DNA of 62,997 nucleotides, filler included, from Folioceros fuciformis (taxonomy: Eukaryota), in assembly GCA_049999805.1 (NCBI GenBank). It is 4 parts of 3 records of this genome, joined end to end, with 100 filler letters (N's around TTAATTAATTAA, not from the genome) between each part and the next. Parts side by side here need not be neighbours in the genome. Positions count along the whole stretch, not along the records: positions 27,967 to 56,015 come from JBNGIO010006173.1; 3 more parts are not named here. One strand, written 5' to 3'. Below the pieces are notes generated by a model, which saw only the letters and a list, made by a program, of their open reading frames with translations, made no database searches and had not been told where the DNA came from. This document shows positions 28,594-39,610 of this stretch, piece by piece. Positions within the stretch are counted from its first letter, which is position 1. Every line of letters starts with the position of its first letter. Both the position numbers and the translations under genes were made by a program.

Positions 28594-28805
28594 AAGCCGT
28601 AGCTACATGGCCGAACCTTATTCGAGGTGCAGGGTTAGCTTCAGGTTCGACAGCAATTTCGAATGGCTTCCTAAGGAAGCTAATGTAGCGAGGGGCAGGT
28701 CCCAGGTCCCATAGCGGTCATGACAATTGAGGATATATAGCTTCAGAAAAAAAATATAAAAGAAAACGCCTCCCCCTCTGTCCTCTTTGGTATGCTATAA
28801 TCGCT

Positions 28806-29153
28806 ACATCCTTCGACCTAGCCAGTAAAATGCGCCGGAGTGTTGCATCATCTGTCCCCTGCGTTACAGGCACGCAACAACGCTTTGGACTCATCATACT
28901 AGTACGACTACAACACATCATACCGGGTTCCTTCTGCAATGTGTGTCATTCGCCAGCTGAACTTGATGGTACGCATTACGTGCACTCAAGTAGCACTTGG
29001 AAGCGGGGATCCAGCTCCTCAACCCTGCGCAGGCTTTGCATCAGGAGGACCTTCTCGGCATCGAACTCAAGCTTCCCCCTCTTTACTTTGCATTTAGCTG
29101 TGGTAGTGGAGTCCAGACTTGCCGTTTGCGAAGAATGCGAAGCCCCCAGCCAT
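28806..29153 (-). pseudogene. Truncated tandem copy of the CRAL-TRIO gene (first exon plus start of exon 2)
   Basis: EKVLLMQSLRRVEELDPRFQ|GTDDATLRRILLARSKDV matches EIQQLLRKVRALVTKHDPLSK|DETDATLRRFLLARSKDV of the neighbour with the same intron position; homology stops abruptly at ~28806. Confidence 0.75.
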
Positions 29154-29366
29154 AGCAGCTCCTGAGCCCACGGTTGTCAAACGNNNNNNNNNNNNNNNNN
29201 NNNNNNNNNNNNNNNNNNNNNNNNNNNNNNNNNNNNNNNNNNNNNNNNNNNNNNNNNNNNNNNNNNNNNNNNNNNNNNNNNNNCTTCCCAGCTAGTGTAG
29301 GAACGGCGGGTAGCCACATGCAGTCAAAAGATTGGTGGCCAAACTCCCTTTTACCCTTTGGATGTC

Positions 29367-31003
29367 TCAACTTGAACGTTTTGAGGACCCGTTTGGAATG
29401 AGAGCCTCTTGAAGTGGAACCAAGGGCAATTTCCCCCCCAATGTGTCAGGAAGTTGGTCTTCATCGATGTCCGCCAGAAGAGCCTTCGGTAGCGATTTGC
29501 TACTGAGAAAAACAATCTGCACCCGAATAACAACAAGACATCTCATTTCTCTAAAGAGCGTACACCACGAACAAGTTCGAAAGAAGAAGTTTGCAGAGCA
29601 TGCAAATTACCTTTCGCCTGGTTGCTTTGTCAATGAAGGTGGATATCACCTTCCACCCTCCCCAAAAAAGGTAGGGTGCAGAGAGGAGGTAAAGCTTGCC
29701 CAGGCGCTCAGGATAGTAAGCCTACATAGAGTCCGCAATAGTCAGAACTCGGTATGCATGAAAGCTGTGTCTCGCGGTAGGGAACGGGACATCCAAATAC
29801 CTGAAGGAACTCAAAACTCGTGATGTATCCGCGGATGTCAATGTTCTTATATCCAAATCCTTCCAGGGAGATCACAGCGCAAAACTTCTCCTGTCCAGGA
29901 GGCATACTGCACTCAGTCCAGCCGAACAATGGACTCAGAGGTAGCCTCCGAGACTCCAGGACAAGGCATTCACAAAGCACACATGGCGTCAAGGATTACC
30001 TGGCAATTATTTTGTCCAAAACGAAGACGACGAAACCTGCAAAGGTATTCCAATCAGGTTAGTCACACAATTTTCCAAGAAGCCGGTTAGCAGGTGAACG
30101 GTTCAGGCGATGAGCGCAGCGTGTGAGGGAGGCGGTTATTTAACCGTCCTTCTAAACCAAACTGAAGCTAAAACTGAGGTCTATGTCTAGCCTAAATATA
30201 ATGTGCCTAATAACTCTAAGGTTAGTTCTTAACAGCAGGGATGGCCACACAATTCTCCAACAGTCATCCAGGAACGCATTTTCCAAAAGAGAGCAGCAGA
30301 CTCGTACGTTTGAAGACTTCGAGATCATGAGGTATATGCTTGTCCGCCCTTGCATATACAATTGGCCTGCCTTTCTTATCATGTCCGTGAAGAAACACCT
30401 TCCCAGCTTGGAGCTCGTGTTGGACGACTTCGGGAGGAATGTGGCCGAGGGGCACGAAAGAACGTCTCCACCTCTGATGGGAGACGAACATATCTGCCGC
30501 CTTCTTCACATCCTTCGACCTAGCGAGCAGGAAACGTCGGAGTGTTGCATCCGTTTCGTCCTGCACAGATAGACCAACGAAAATCACAGTGGCTTCAACA
30601 CTGAGTGAGCTGCCTCAGCGTCAATCTTCAACAACACAACACAGCAGCAGACGGCGACGTTCTGGCAGTAAGGACATTTTGGCCAATCCAGAGAACCGGG
30701 GGATAGAATTCCGTGAAGCTCAGTTCTGAGCAAGCTGGAGACCCGAAACAACATCAGCTCAATCACGCGCAGTACCTTCGAAAGAGGATCATGCTTGGTC
30801 ACCAAAGCTCGAACTTTCCGCAGCAGCTGCTGTATTTCTGGATCAGCGTCATCGTTGGGCTCTGAGACATAGCCATCGCACACACTATAGGAATCCGGCT
30901 CCTGCTCTTCAAAATCACTCTGGTAAGCCCGATCCCCCGCATCCGCATCCAGTTCCGGATTCCCCGGCAACGGCATTCCCCTACGCTCATCCTCCAATTC
31001 CAT
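29367..31003 (-). CDS. Sec14/CRAL-TRIO lipid-binding protein, 6 exons
   Basis: DATLRRFLLARSKDVKKAADMF, KVFLHGHDKKGRPIVY, FCAVISLEGFGYKNIDIRGY, PFIDKATRRK|IVFL, QLPDTLGG. Confidence 0.9.
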
Positions 31004-31526
31004 AACTTGTGCACTTCGAATGAGCCTTTGCGCTTACCGCTTTCCCGTATTCCGGCTGAACTCTCGGGCGGTCCATATCTGCCGTAGTATTTTACTGTGG
31101 GATAATTCCACGGTGGCGTTTCGCCTCGACAAGGAAAGTGGAAAGTGCAGTGTGACGTGGTGTCAAACCGTGCTCCCACATTATCAGAGGACCCTGTGGA
31201 TTTTTCTCCTCCACTAAGACAATGGAGCACAGATACCTTCCCTTTCGTATCGAACATATCAGTCTAAAGTCAACCCAGTCAAGCACCCCGGGAAGGGAAG
31301 AAATGGATTGGCCGGGCACCTGCATTACGAAAAGAGGCCTGGTCGTAATCCAAGGCACGGTCACTCTTTGGCACCCTACTTTTCTATAAAACGACCTTCC
31401 TCATCAAAACTGAATCGGAACATGAATTTCATGAACCTAGAAACGGTGCAAAATTGACATGGAACAGCACAACCCCCAGCCTCTGCTGCAAGATTTTCAG
31501 CAAGCACCATGTACAACTCTATGGGT

Positions 31527-33892
31527 TCATGTGGCGTCCATGTTATCAGCGCCTTCTGCACCATCTGCGCCCTCAGTAGAGACCTCCATAGCATCATCTT
31601 GCCCTTCACCCTTCTTGCCTGGCACACAATGCGATGAAACAGGATCCATAAGGTGTGATGAGCATCATATTCAACTGCTATCTGACTTGAACAGATCCAG
31701 ACTTTGACCTAGTCATAGACATTCTACGGACACCGACCTTTCTTCTTCTTCCCACCACCTTTCTTCTTTGCCTTCGTGCCCAAAGCCAACCAGGCCTTGA
31801 TATCCGGATCTTCCACTACTTTAGCGGGCTGTAGTTCTTGCAATGGGTGTCCCGTCACTCTGTCGGAGCCATTGGGCATCAGCAGAACTGTGAACTTTAT
31901 GTGAGCCACCAAATCGCCTGAAAACCCGGTAACATGGTTTGAAAACCAGATCGCGTTAAACAAAACCTCCTCTGGGAAGGGAACGTAAACCAAATTTTCA
32001 CAAAAGCTCAGGAGCTCACCTGGCTTCTCATGTAGCACAGGGTATGGTTGTAGAAGTTCATGGTTCACACACTCAACAAGTCCCAACCGAGCACGCTTCT
32101 CTTCTAAAGCCCTGCCAAAGGCGGAGGAGTACCACTGGTCACGTTGGTGGAGAGTGCACACGGATTTAAGATAAACTGCTAGCCTGAACACACACAAGCT
32201 GACCTTGCTGTGAAGGGCATAAGTGGGAACTTTTGGTTGATCTCACTGAAAATAAACCTTGAGGCCTTCATCTTCAGGTGGTAACTCTTATCCACCGCTC
32301 TCTTATACACAGTAGTTTGCTTTTCATCCAACAACTTCGGCTGCATGGCACATGCACAAAAGCGTCAACGAAACTTGAATTTAACAGACCTGGAGGCAAA
32401 GCACCAAAACTCATGACAAGTGGAAAAGCCAGATACTCTGAACCTTGCCATCACCAGTGCTCATAACAATGTCGATGGCATATACTTCATTCTCTTCAAA
32501 CTCTGCATCATCAACCCTAGTCTCCGGATTTGAAGCACTTAAGATGACCTTGTTGGCATCAATGACAAACTGCTTCATTTGGTGGCTGAGCACCCCTTCA
32601 GCAATCTTGCAATCATAGGCCGCAGCGACCTTTTGCAGGGCTTCTGTCACATCCTTGTTCTGAAAAACGAGACGACAAGCCCGGGACTCAACAATGAGAG
32701 CCTTGATGACGTCTCAACAAGAGAAACACGGCAGAGATGAAGAACCACAGGTTCTGTGACTTAGCACTTATGTAAGTAGGAAACCTGACCTTCTTGCCAG
32801 GTCTGACAAGCCTCAAAGCCACCTCGGCAGCTGTATTGGCAGCAGCAAGGACATCGGCAGCCCTTCCCGTCACGGGGCCCTCTTGAATCAAGTGCGTATG
32901 TGCAACAACAGTCGCAAAGCCATCAATGTGGCATCCCAAGTCACTGTCACACACATAACACAGATTACCACACGAAAAGCAGTGACATGCATCCAAATGA
33001 CGAAATGCAGGAAAATTTGAACACTCACAACAGTGCTACGTCTAATGTTGCAGCCTACAAATAAGTCTCAAGCAGCTGAAGAAACACATACGGCAAATTC
33101 CAAGGCGTACTCACATCTTCGCAATATCACCTGCCTTGACAGTGCTGTCATCGCTTGCTAAGGGTGAGAAGTGGCACACCGTGTTGTTCAGAGAGACGCA
33201 TGTCGGAAATGCAACACCCTTCTCGATCTTTTTCTTGGAGTTTTTGTACACGTTTGCCGTCAAACTACATCACCAAGGACGTGAAGAGAAGCTAAAGCAA
33301 AGCTCACGACAAGCGGTACAGCACAGCCTGTCCTCCCCAAATTCCTCTACCGCACTATGACAAGGAAACGTACTCTTTGATCAAGGAGTCTCCCAGCTCG
33401 CATAAGTCCACGACCTTCGCCCCCGGCACAGACTTGGATACCACCAACTGAAGTGCCTCTGATACAAGAGACAAGCACAAGGTCACAACTTTATCACTGA
33501 ATACACCGAAACATGGAAAACCCTTGTCACCGCTTCCCGCCGCAACTATGCCTAAGATTTTCTCCGTCACCTCCAACAGCTGTAACACAGGAATTGAGGT
33601 GCCTACTACAACAGACTGCTGGGACAGGCAAAAAAGAAAAATTCTGGCGTTGTCCAGAGGAGTGCGTAGCATTGGCCGCCGCCAGCGGGTGACGCGGTCA
33701 GTCTCGGGATATCTCAAACCAAGAGCATCAGGCGGCAATCACCCTAAAATTTCACCACTGCGGCGGTCTGCACTCCTAAGCAGTGTAGGACATCTTACTG
33801 TTGGCAATCTCAGCGGCAAGCTTGTACTTGGTGACAACATCGGCCGAGGAGAGATCGAGCTCCTTCTCCTCCTTCGTCTCGTCGTCCGACAT
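31527..33892 (-). CDS. EBP1: ErbB-3 binding protein 1 (EBP1/PA2G4, M24 fold), multi-exon
   Basis: MSDDETKEEKELDLSSADVVTKYKLAAEIAN, DLGCHIDGF, GVLSHQMKQFVID, HELLQPYPVLHEKPG, KFTVLLMPNGSDR, C-terminal Lys-rich tract. Confidence 0.96.
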
Positions 33893-34286
33893 GGACGACA
33901 TTGCGGCTCAGAAACCCCCGCCGCTGCTGCCCGGTGGGCAATTGATTCACGAGGATTTGCAAGCCGGAGCACAACCAAAATCCTGCCCCACACAGCGTAC
34001 GCCTCACTCCACACTGGCGGAGCCCGCAGCGACCCCCTCGGTACACTACGCAGTGCCCTGTGCAGACTGGCGAGACCAGCGGCAGCGGCGAATGGCGATG
34101 GCGGCTCGCGCTGAGGGAGGAACGCTGTGGCGTGTTGAAGTGAAAGGAACGCCCCTAACGCCGCATAACGGAACGCTGTCCCACCGCCACAGCTGTTCCG
34201 TTTCTGCCGTGCGCTTGAGGTTTACTGCTTCGTTCATCCGGGCCCTGAAACTGTGATTCCATCCACCAGAGTTATCCGGTTCAGGA

Positions 34287-35070
34287 ATGTCAATGGCCGC
34301 CATGGCCACTGCGGCAGCGCAGCTGCCGAGGCTCAGCTGCTGCGCTGCCACCGCTAGCAAGACGAATGCCAGCAGCAGCAGCAGTTGCTGCGCCTCTTCA
34401 CCGTCGTCTTCTTCGATGTTTCCGGTTCACAGGGCGTCAGTGGTTTCTGTAGGCAGACTGGAAGGGAGGCTGAAATTTTCTGGGGTGGCTAGGGCTGTGG
34501 CCACGGAGGACTCTGTGGAGGAGGAGGGGATTGAGAGTGCCACTGGTCTGGAGAATCTGGGGATTTCCCCGAAGGAGGTGCGGCTGTATCCGCAGGGACT
34601 TCAGAAGTACGAGACCATGGCGGTGCTACGGCCTGACATCACCGAGGATCTGCGGCTAGCGCTTACACAGCGCTACGAGGAGGTATTACAGGATGTTTGA
34701 CCGTTTTTCTTCAAGTGGAAGGGCAGAGGAAGTGTTATGCTATCAATTTGGTGTAGGTTTGCTGCTCTGCTTGTGCTCATGGTCCGGGGGCGACATGCTG
34801 GATGGGATCACCTTCTTCATCCCCTGCACTTGTATGCAGGCTATCATTGCTGGTGGGGGGCTGGACGTGGAAATGTTCAACAGGGGCATGCAGCCTCTAG
34901 CCTACAACATCAAGGTTAAGAACATGGGTGGTGTTTCAAGTAGATATCTGGATGGTCTCTACTTGCTTTTCACATACGTGACAGCCCCAAAGGCGCAACT
35001 AGCTCTTCAGCAACGTCTGAATGCAGACGACGATGTCATCCGGTCCACCACATTTAGGTTGAAAGCGTAA
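34287..35070 (+). CDS. PRPS6: Plastid 30S ribosomal protein S6 with transit peptide, 2 exons (34287-34683, 34840-35070)
   Basis: Ser/Ala-rich N-terminus; GLQKYETMAVLRPDITED..RYEE|AIIAGGG..FNRGMQPLAYNIK..YLDGLYLLFTY..DDDVIRSTTF. Confidence 0.93.
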
Positions 35071-36637
35071 GACAGGCTTCTGTCTAGAGGGCTGAAGGGG
35101 TACACAGGAATGGGCCAGTTGAGCATGGCTTTTGGATTGTTTGCCCTCATGTACAGCCGGCTGACCAATTTGTCAAGTCGTGTTTTGTGCGTGTGCTGTG
35201 CCTCTCACTACTTGGCCTTTTTCCATCCGAGTTGCATGGGGTGTGTGAGACAATCTCGCTTACAGTAGTGGAAGTGATTTCATCTTTGTGCGCGAACAGC
35301 TGTGGAAACCTCAAACATCGAACCCGGATTTGAGGGAGATCACGGAATCATGAGATTTTGCCACTGGCCGCACCGNNNNNNNNNNNNNNNNNNNNNNNNN
35401 NNNNNNNNNNNNNNNNNNNNNNNNNNNNNNNNNNNNNNNNNNNNNNNNNNNNNNNNNNNNNNNNNNNNNNNNNNNTTGTCACTTCGCTGCAGGCCAGCCT
35501 GCCGGAGCCAAAGCCAGACCTGTGGCTGAGTGCCTCGTCAGGCAAAGCATGAGGTTACGTCCTATGCGTGCATTGAGGCGGTGGATGTGCCATCCCTCTT
35601 GCTATGCAGTCCTGCCCTGTGAATCATTTTGTCATTTTGAATAGCTACGAAGCATTCCATCGTGACTGCATCACACCTGTTCAGGTACAGTTTAGCGTCA
35701 TTGTTGCGTGTAGGAGTCACTGCTCTTAAATTGGTCGCCAAGGTGGAGGCCTCTTGCCCCGTTCCCAGTTAGTGTATATGGTGAGCCTGTGCTGTTGAGC
35801 ATCATGAAGGTTCTGTATGGTTGTACGAACTCTTCAAGAATGGGGTGAGAAGAAGTCTGCTTGGTGTGTTGTGTTGGTGCACAGGCGAGTAGAGGCAAGT
35901 GTTGTCATTGTTTACTAGTGTGTCAGCCTAGGAGCAGGCGCCATTGCCCCTAATGCCATCCCCTACCCACCCAGTGTACCTCAACCTGGGAGAAGGCGTA
36001 AGTCCTGTGTACGAAAGACTTGCTTGACTTGCCTCATCCGAACCACCTAACGTCGGTCGAAATTTCACCCATGCGTCTGAAAAGTTCACTCGTTTCTACC
36101 TGCGAACAGGTTTCAGTGGTCGACCGCACGCGACCCAACCTTGGAAATCTCACGTTACCCTTCCTAGGGCTTGAGATCCGACTCAAGTCCCCGTAATCTG
36201 TTGAGCGGAGGGACGAAAAAATCGAGGGGGCCGAGGAAGAAGAGAGATAAGAGAGGCGGGGAGGAATGATTTTATAGTAAAAGGAGGAGGAGGAGGGCGG
36301 GCCGCAGGAAAGGGAAACAGATATTGGGTCGGGTCACCCGATATACGTATTTACGAGTGCGTGTGGAGCTGGTCCTGCGAACGGGGACTTTGACCGCTCT
36401 GTAGCGGAGGGTCTACTTTCCGGGGCACATGTGCAGATAAACAAGATATGGATGTCTGCAGTTCGAGAGGCTGACAGTCCAGTTGCCAGTAATTGCACTC
36501 ACAGCGTGGAGAGATGTCGCGCAGGCATCTCACGTCGTCTGTGCATCTGTGTGCGTTTCTGACGACCGGCGTCGAGATCAGGAGGAGCTGATTCTCAGGG
36601 GCGGCTAGCGCCGCTGGAAGCCTTGAAGGCACAAACA

Positions 36638-37060
36638 ATGAATTTTCTCAACCTCCAACGGCAGGCGGGGCCGGATGATGCGGCCAAGGGCATTCCTGGA
36701 GATGCATCTTCTAGCGCTGATCTGTTCACCTCTGTGGCCAGCATTTGGGAGCAGAGAGAGAAGGAACGGGGTAGCCTACCGAGGATGCGGGTGTGGAGAG
36801 AGGACTGGAACAAGAGGGGGAAGAAGCTGAACTTTGGACCTGGAGGAGGGGTGGGAGTCGGATGCGGAGCAGGGATAGGGTTTGCTGTCACGGGAGGATT
36901 AGGAGTTGGAGCTCAGCCTTGGAATTCGCTGAAGTTTGTGTTTGGGATCGGAGCAGGGTGCGGAGTTGGGATTGGGTACGGGTTTGGTCATGGCCTTGGT
37001 GTGTTATGGGATCGCAGGCCGAAAAAGAAGAGCGAGAAACGTATCGTGTTTGAGCTGTAG
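36638..37060 (+). CDS. Small glycine-rich membrane protein with a TGD5-like GxGxGCGxG pattern, intronless
   Basis: FGPGGGVGVGCGAGIGF...FGIGAGCGVGIGYGFGHGLG. Confidence 0.75.
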   Translation: MNFLNLQRQAGPDDAAKGIPGDASSSADLFTSVASIWEQREKERGSLPRMRVWREDWNKRGKKLNFGPGGGVGVGCGAGIGFAVTGGLGVGAQPWNSLKFVFGIGAGCGVGIGYGFGHGLGVLWDRRPKKKSEKRIVFEL

Positions 37061-37328
37061 GCTGGTCTTCGTGCTTGGAAAGGGTGGTTCGCCCACTGCT
37101 ACGGTGGTTGCGGCAATGCTGTGCTATTAAGCTTGTACAATTTGTACAGTCCAAACAGAATTTCAGACTCTTGGGCAGTCTTTTACAAGATGCACAAGAA
37201 TAGCAGCAGCGAAGAGATGGCTTCGGTATCGCTTGCGAGATGAAGTCAGGGAATTTCCATTTGTACGAGTGATGATGTAAGTGTGTATGTATCTACGAGC
37301 TGCAAGTTTTGGGAGGACCATGCCAGAC

Positions 37329-38741
37329 TCAAAGCTTCTGCTCCATGTGCGTTCTCACCACCGAGGTGAGGGAAGGATGAGGACTGGGTCTTTTCATGGA
37401 ACGGGCATCACTCATGCCCTCAGAGTATATCTCTCCGAGCTGCCACCGAGGCCTGAGGTCCAAAAATACGTCTTCTGCCTCGTCCATGGGAGGGGGAGGT
37501 TCGAACAGGCCCATACGGAAATGCTCTGCGCCAGCCCAGGCCACCATAACGCCGTTGTCTGTACACAGCCTTGAAGGAGGACAGACAAGGCGCAGCCCCT
37601 GCTCTTGGGCAAGCTCTGCCAGACTGGCCCTAACAACCCTGTTGGAGGCAACCCCTCCAGACACCACAAGGCACTGGATGTCGGGCTCTAACCTCTTGCC
37701 CCATTCGATCCCTCTGCGGCATTTCTCCTGCAGATGCTGCACAGCAACTCGCTGGAAAGAGGCAGCCACGTCGGCTCGGGCTCTGCGCTCGTCCGGGTTT
37801 GCCTCCGCTAAAGGGACTCCGTCAGTGTTGATCCTCCTGGCGGTTATGGCCAGCCTCACCTGGTTTTTCAGGCCGGCGTAGGAGAAATTGCAGGTCCTGT
37901 TGTTGCGCATAGGTACGGAAAGCGGCAACGCCTGCGGATTGCCCTCTAGGGCTAGCTCCTCCAAAGCAGGCCCGCCCCCTCGCTTGATGTCGAGGCCCAG
38001 CAGGCGGGCCGTCTTGTCATAGGCCTCGCCGATGGCATCGTCCACGGTGGTGCCGAGCTGGATATAGCGGCCCACGCCCTGCGCGAGCAATATGAGATTG
38101 TGACCCCCGGAAACCAGCAGCACCATGAATGGGAAGTGCACGTCCTGATCCGTGAGCCTGACCACCAGAGCATGCGCCTCCATGTGGTGCACGCCTACCA
38201 GAGGCAGCCTGTGAGCCCGTGCAATGCTGCGGGCCTTGCTTACACCGACCTCCAGGCAGGGGCTGAGACCCGGCCCGATCGTGACCGCCACTGCATCCAG
38301 ATCCGCCTCCGTCAGCCCCGCGTTGGACAGCGCCTGGGCCACCACGCTGTCGATGGCCTCTGCGTGGTAGTCCTTAGCCAGGTGAGGCACAACACCGCCC
38401 CACTTCCCCAGCATCTCGGCCTGGGACGCAAGGCACTCGCCCAGTATCCTCCCATCCGTGGTCACCACTGCAGCGCCCGTGTCATCGCAGCTGGTCTCGA
38501 TTCCAAGCAAAACCACCTCTTCCTCTGTTCCCACCTCCTTGCACAACGCCCTGGCCGTTCGGGATACAACCTCCCAATCCGATAGCTTGATGCTACTGCG
38601 CCGTGCCGCAGATGAAGGCAAACGCCTCGTAAAACGGCGCGAGGGAGGCTGGCAAGCGTATCGGGCTGGCGTCATGCCGAGAGGACGCAGCACAGGCATC
38701 ATCCTTGCCACAACCATCCTCCTGCAGAACAACAACCTCAT
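37329..38741 (-). CDS. GCP1: Organellar (mitochondrial) tRNA t6A threonylcarbamoyltransferase, GCP1/OSGEPL1/Qri7, intronless
   Basis: LGIETSCDDTGAAVV, GGVVP, AVTIGPGL, HHMEAHAL, LLVSGGH, DDAIGEAYDK, FSYAGLK, SGGVASN, CTDNGVMVAWAG; Arg-rich presequence. Confidence 0.95.
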   Translation of the reverse strand: MRLLFCRRMVVARMMPVLRPLGMTPARYACQPPSRRFTRRLPSSAARRSSIKLSDWEVVSRTARALCKEVGTEEEVVLLGIETSCDDTGAAVVTTDGRILGECLASQAEMLGKWGGVVPHLAKDYHAEAIDSVVAQALSNAGLTEADLDAVAVTIGPGLSPCLEVGVSKARSIARAHRLPLVGVHHMEAHALVVRLTDQDVHFPFMVLLVSGGHNLILLAQGVGRYIQLGTTVDDAIGEAYDKTARLLGLDIKRGGGPALEELALEGNPQALPLSVPMRNNRTCNFSYAGLKNQVRLAITARRINTDGVPLAEANPDERRARADVAASFQRVAVQHLQEKCRRGIEWGKRLEPDIQCLVVSGGVASNRVVRASLAELAQEQGLRLVCPPSRLCTDNGVMVAWAGAEHFRMGLFEPPPPMDEAEDVFLDLRPRWQLGEIYSEGMSDARSMKRPSPHPSLTSVVRTHMEQKL

Positions 38742-39109
38742 GCGTCACCCTAAAGCTTTCAATTCCCATTTCACGGCTTGACAAATTACATAAACCCAAA
38801 AGCCAGATCGCAGATCCAGGCCTGCTCGCAGTTGCAACTCAATTGTGAGCAAACCACACATGACACACGCAAGAGTGTCATTACGGACTCTTGCAAGAAC
38901 AATTATCACACGATGTTCTCATGGGCTACCGCTACCTAACACCAGGGCTGGCTAGCTTCAAATTGCAACAGCGGAGCTCTAGCCCAAAAAATCACGAAAG
39001 GGAGTCTCCAGACATCTAGACTCGGGCTTCACATCTGCAAAATTGAAGGGCACTATCATGTCGTCGACGCTGTCGCATCACAGTGCTCCAAGGAGTGCGC
39101 CGTCTTGAC

Positions 39110-39307
39110 CTAAACGGGACTGAGGAGCTGCGAAAGCTGCGGCCGGGGCTCTGTGCGCATGCCGATAAAGATGACCAGGGGAATGAATCCGTAGTGCGTG
39201 GCAGTCTTAGCCTTCTTCAGTAACCATGTCGGCCACTCCTTGATCACGGTGTTCAGAGTCTGCGGGGACAGGATGTCCTTCTTGGACCTGGATCCCGGTG
39301 GAGCCAT
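39110..39307 (-). CDS. TOM7: Mitochondrial import receptor subunit TOM7
   Basis: [43 protein letters not shown], the plant Tom7 signature. Confidence 0.95.
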   Translation of the reverse strand: MAPPGSRSKKDILSPQTLNTVIKEWPTWLLKKAKTATHYGFIPLVIFIGMRTEPRPQLSQLLSPV

Positions 39308-39506
39308 GGGGTCCTTCCTGTCTGCCTTCTTGCCTGCAGGCAACACGTGCTTGCCCCGCTTCCTGACCTGGATTCTCACCCCCTTGGCCAGTGCTGCTGC
39401 CTTGATACTCCGAGTGACAACGTTCGCGCGGAAACAAGGAGTAGAAGAAGAAGAAGATTTCTATTGGACCTTAGCGAGCTCATTCAACTTTAACCGTTGT
39501 GCTCGG

Positions 39507-39516
39507 AAACCCTAAA
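39507..39516. promoter_or_regulatory. Telo-box AAACCCTAAA in the divergent promoter of TOM7 and the unknown gene
   Basis: Exact telo-box motif between head-to-head starts. Confidence 0.5.
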
Positions 39517-39610
39517 CGGTGCTTTCCTTGTCTAGGTGCGAAGTAGGGTGCTGAGATTCGAGACTGCTTCGAGTTGGCTTTTCCTCCAGATCCATGCTCG
39601 GTCGGCAAGT

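Noticed and set aside
28020-28714. Repetitive ORFs (MLRNV.., MVLTTNICW..)
   Set aside because: They are translations of the minisatellites with no protein features.
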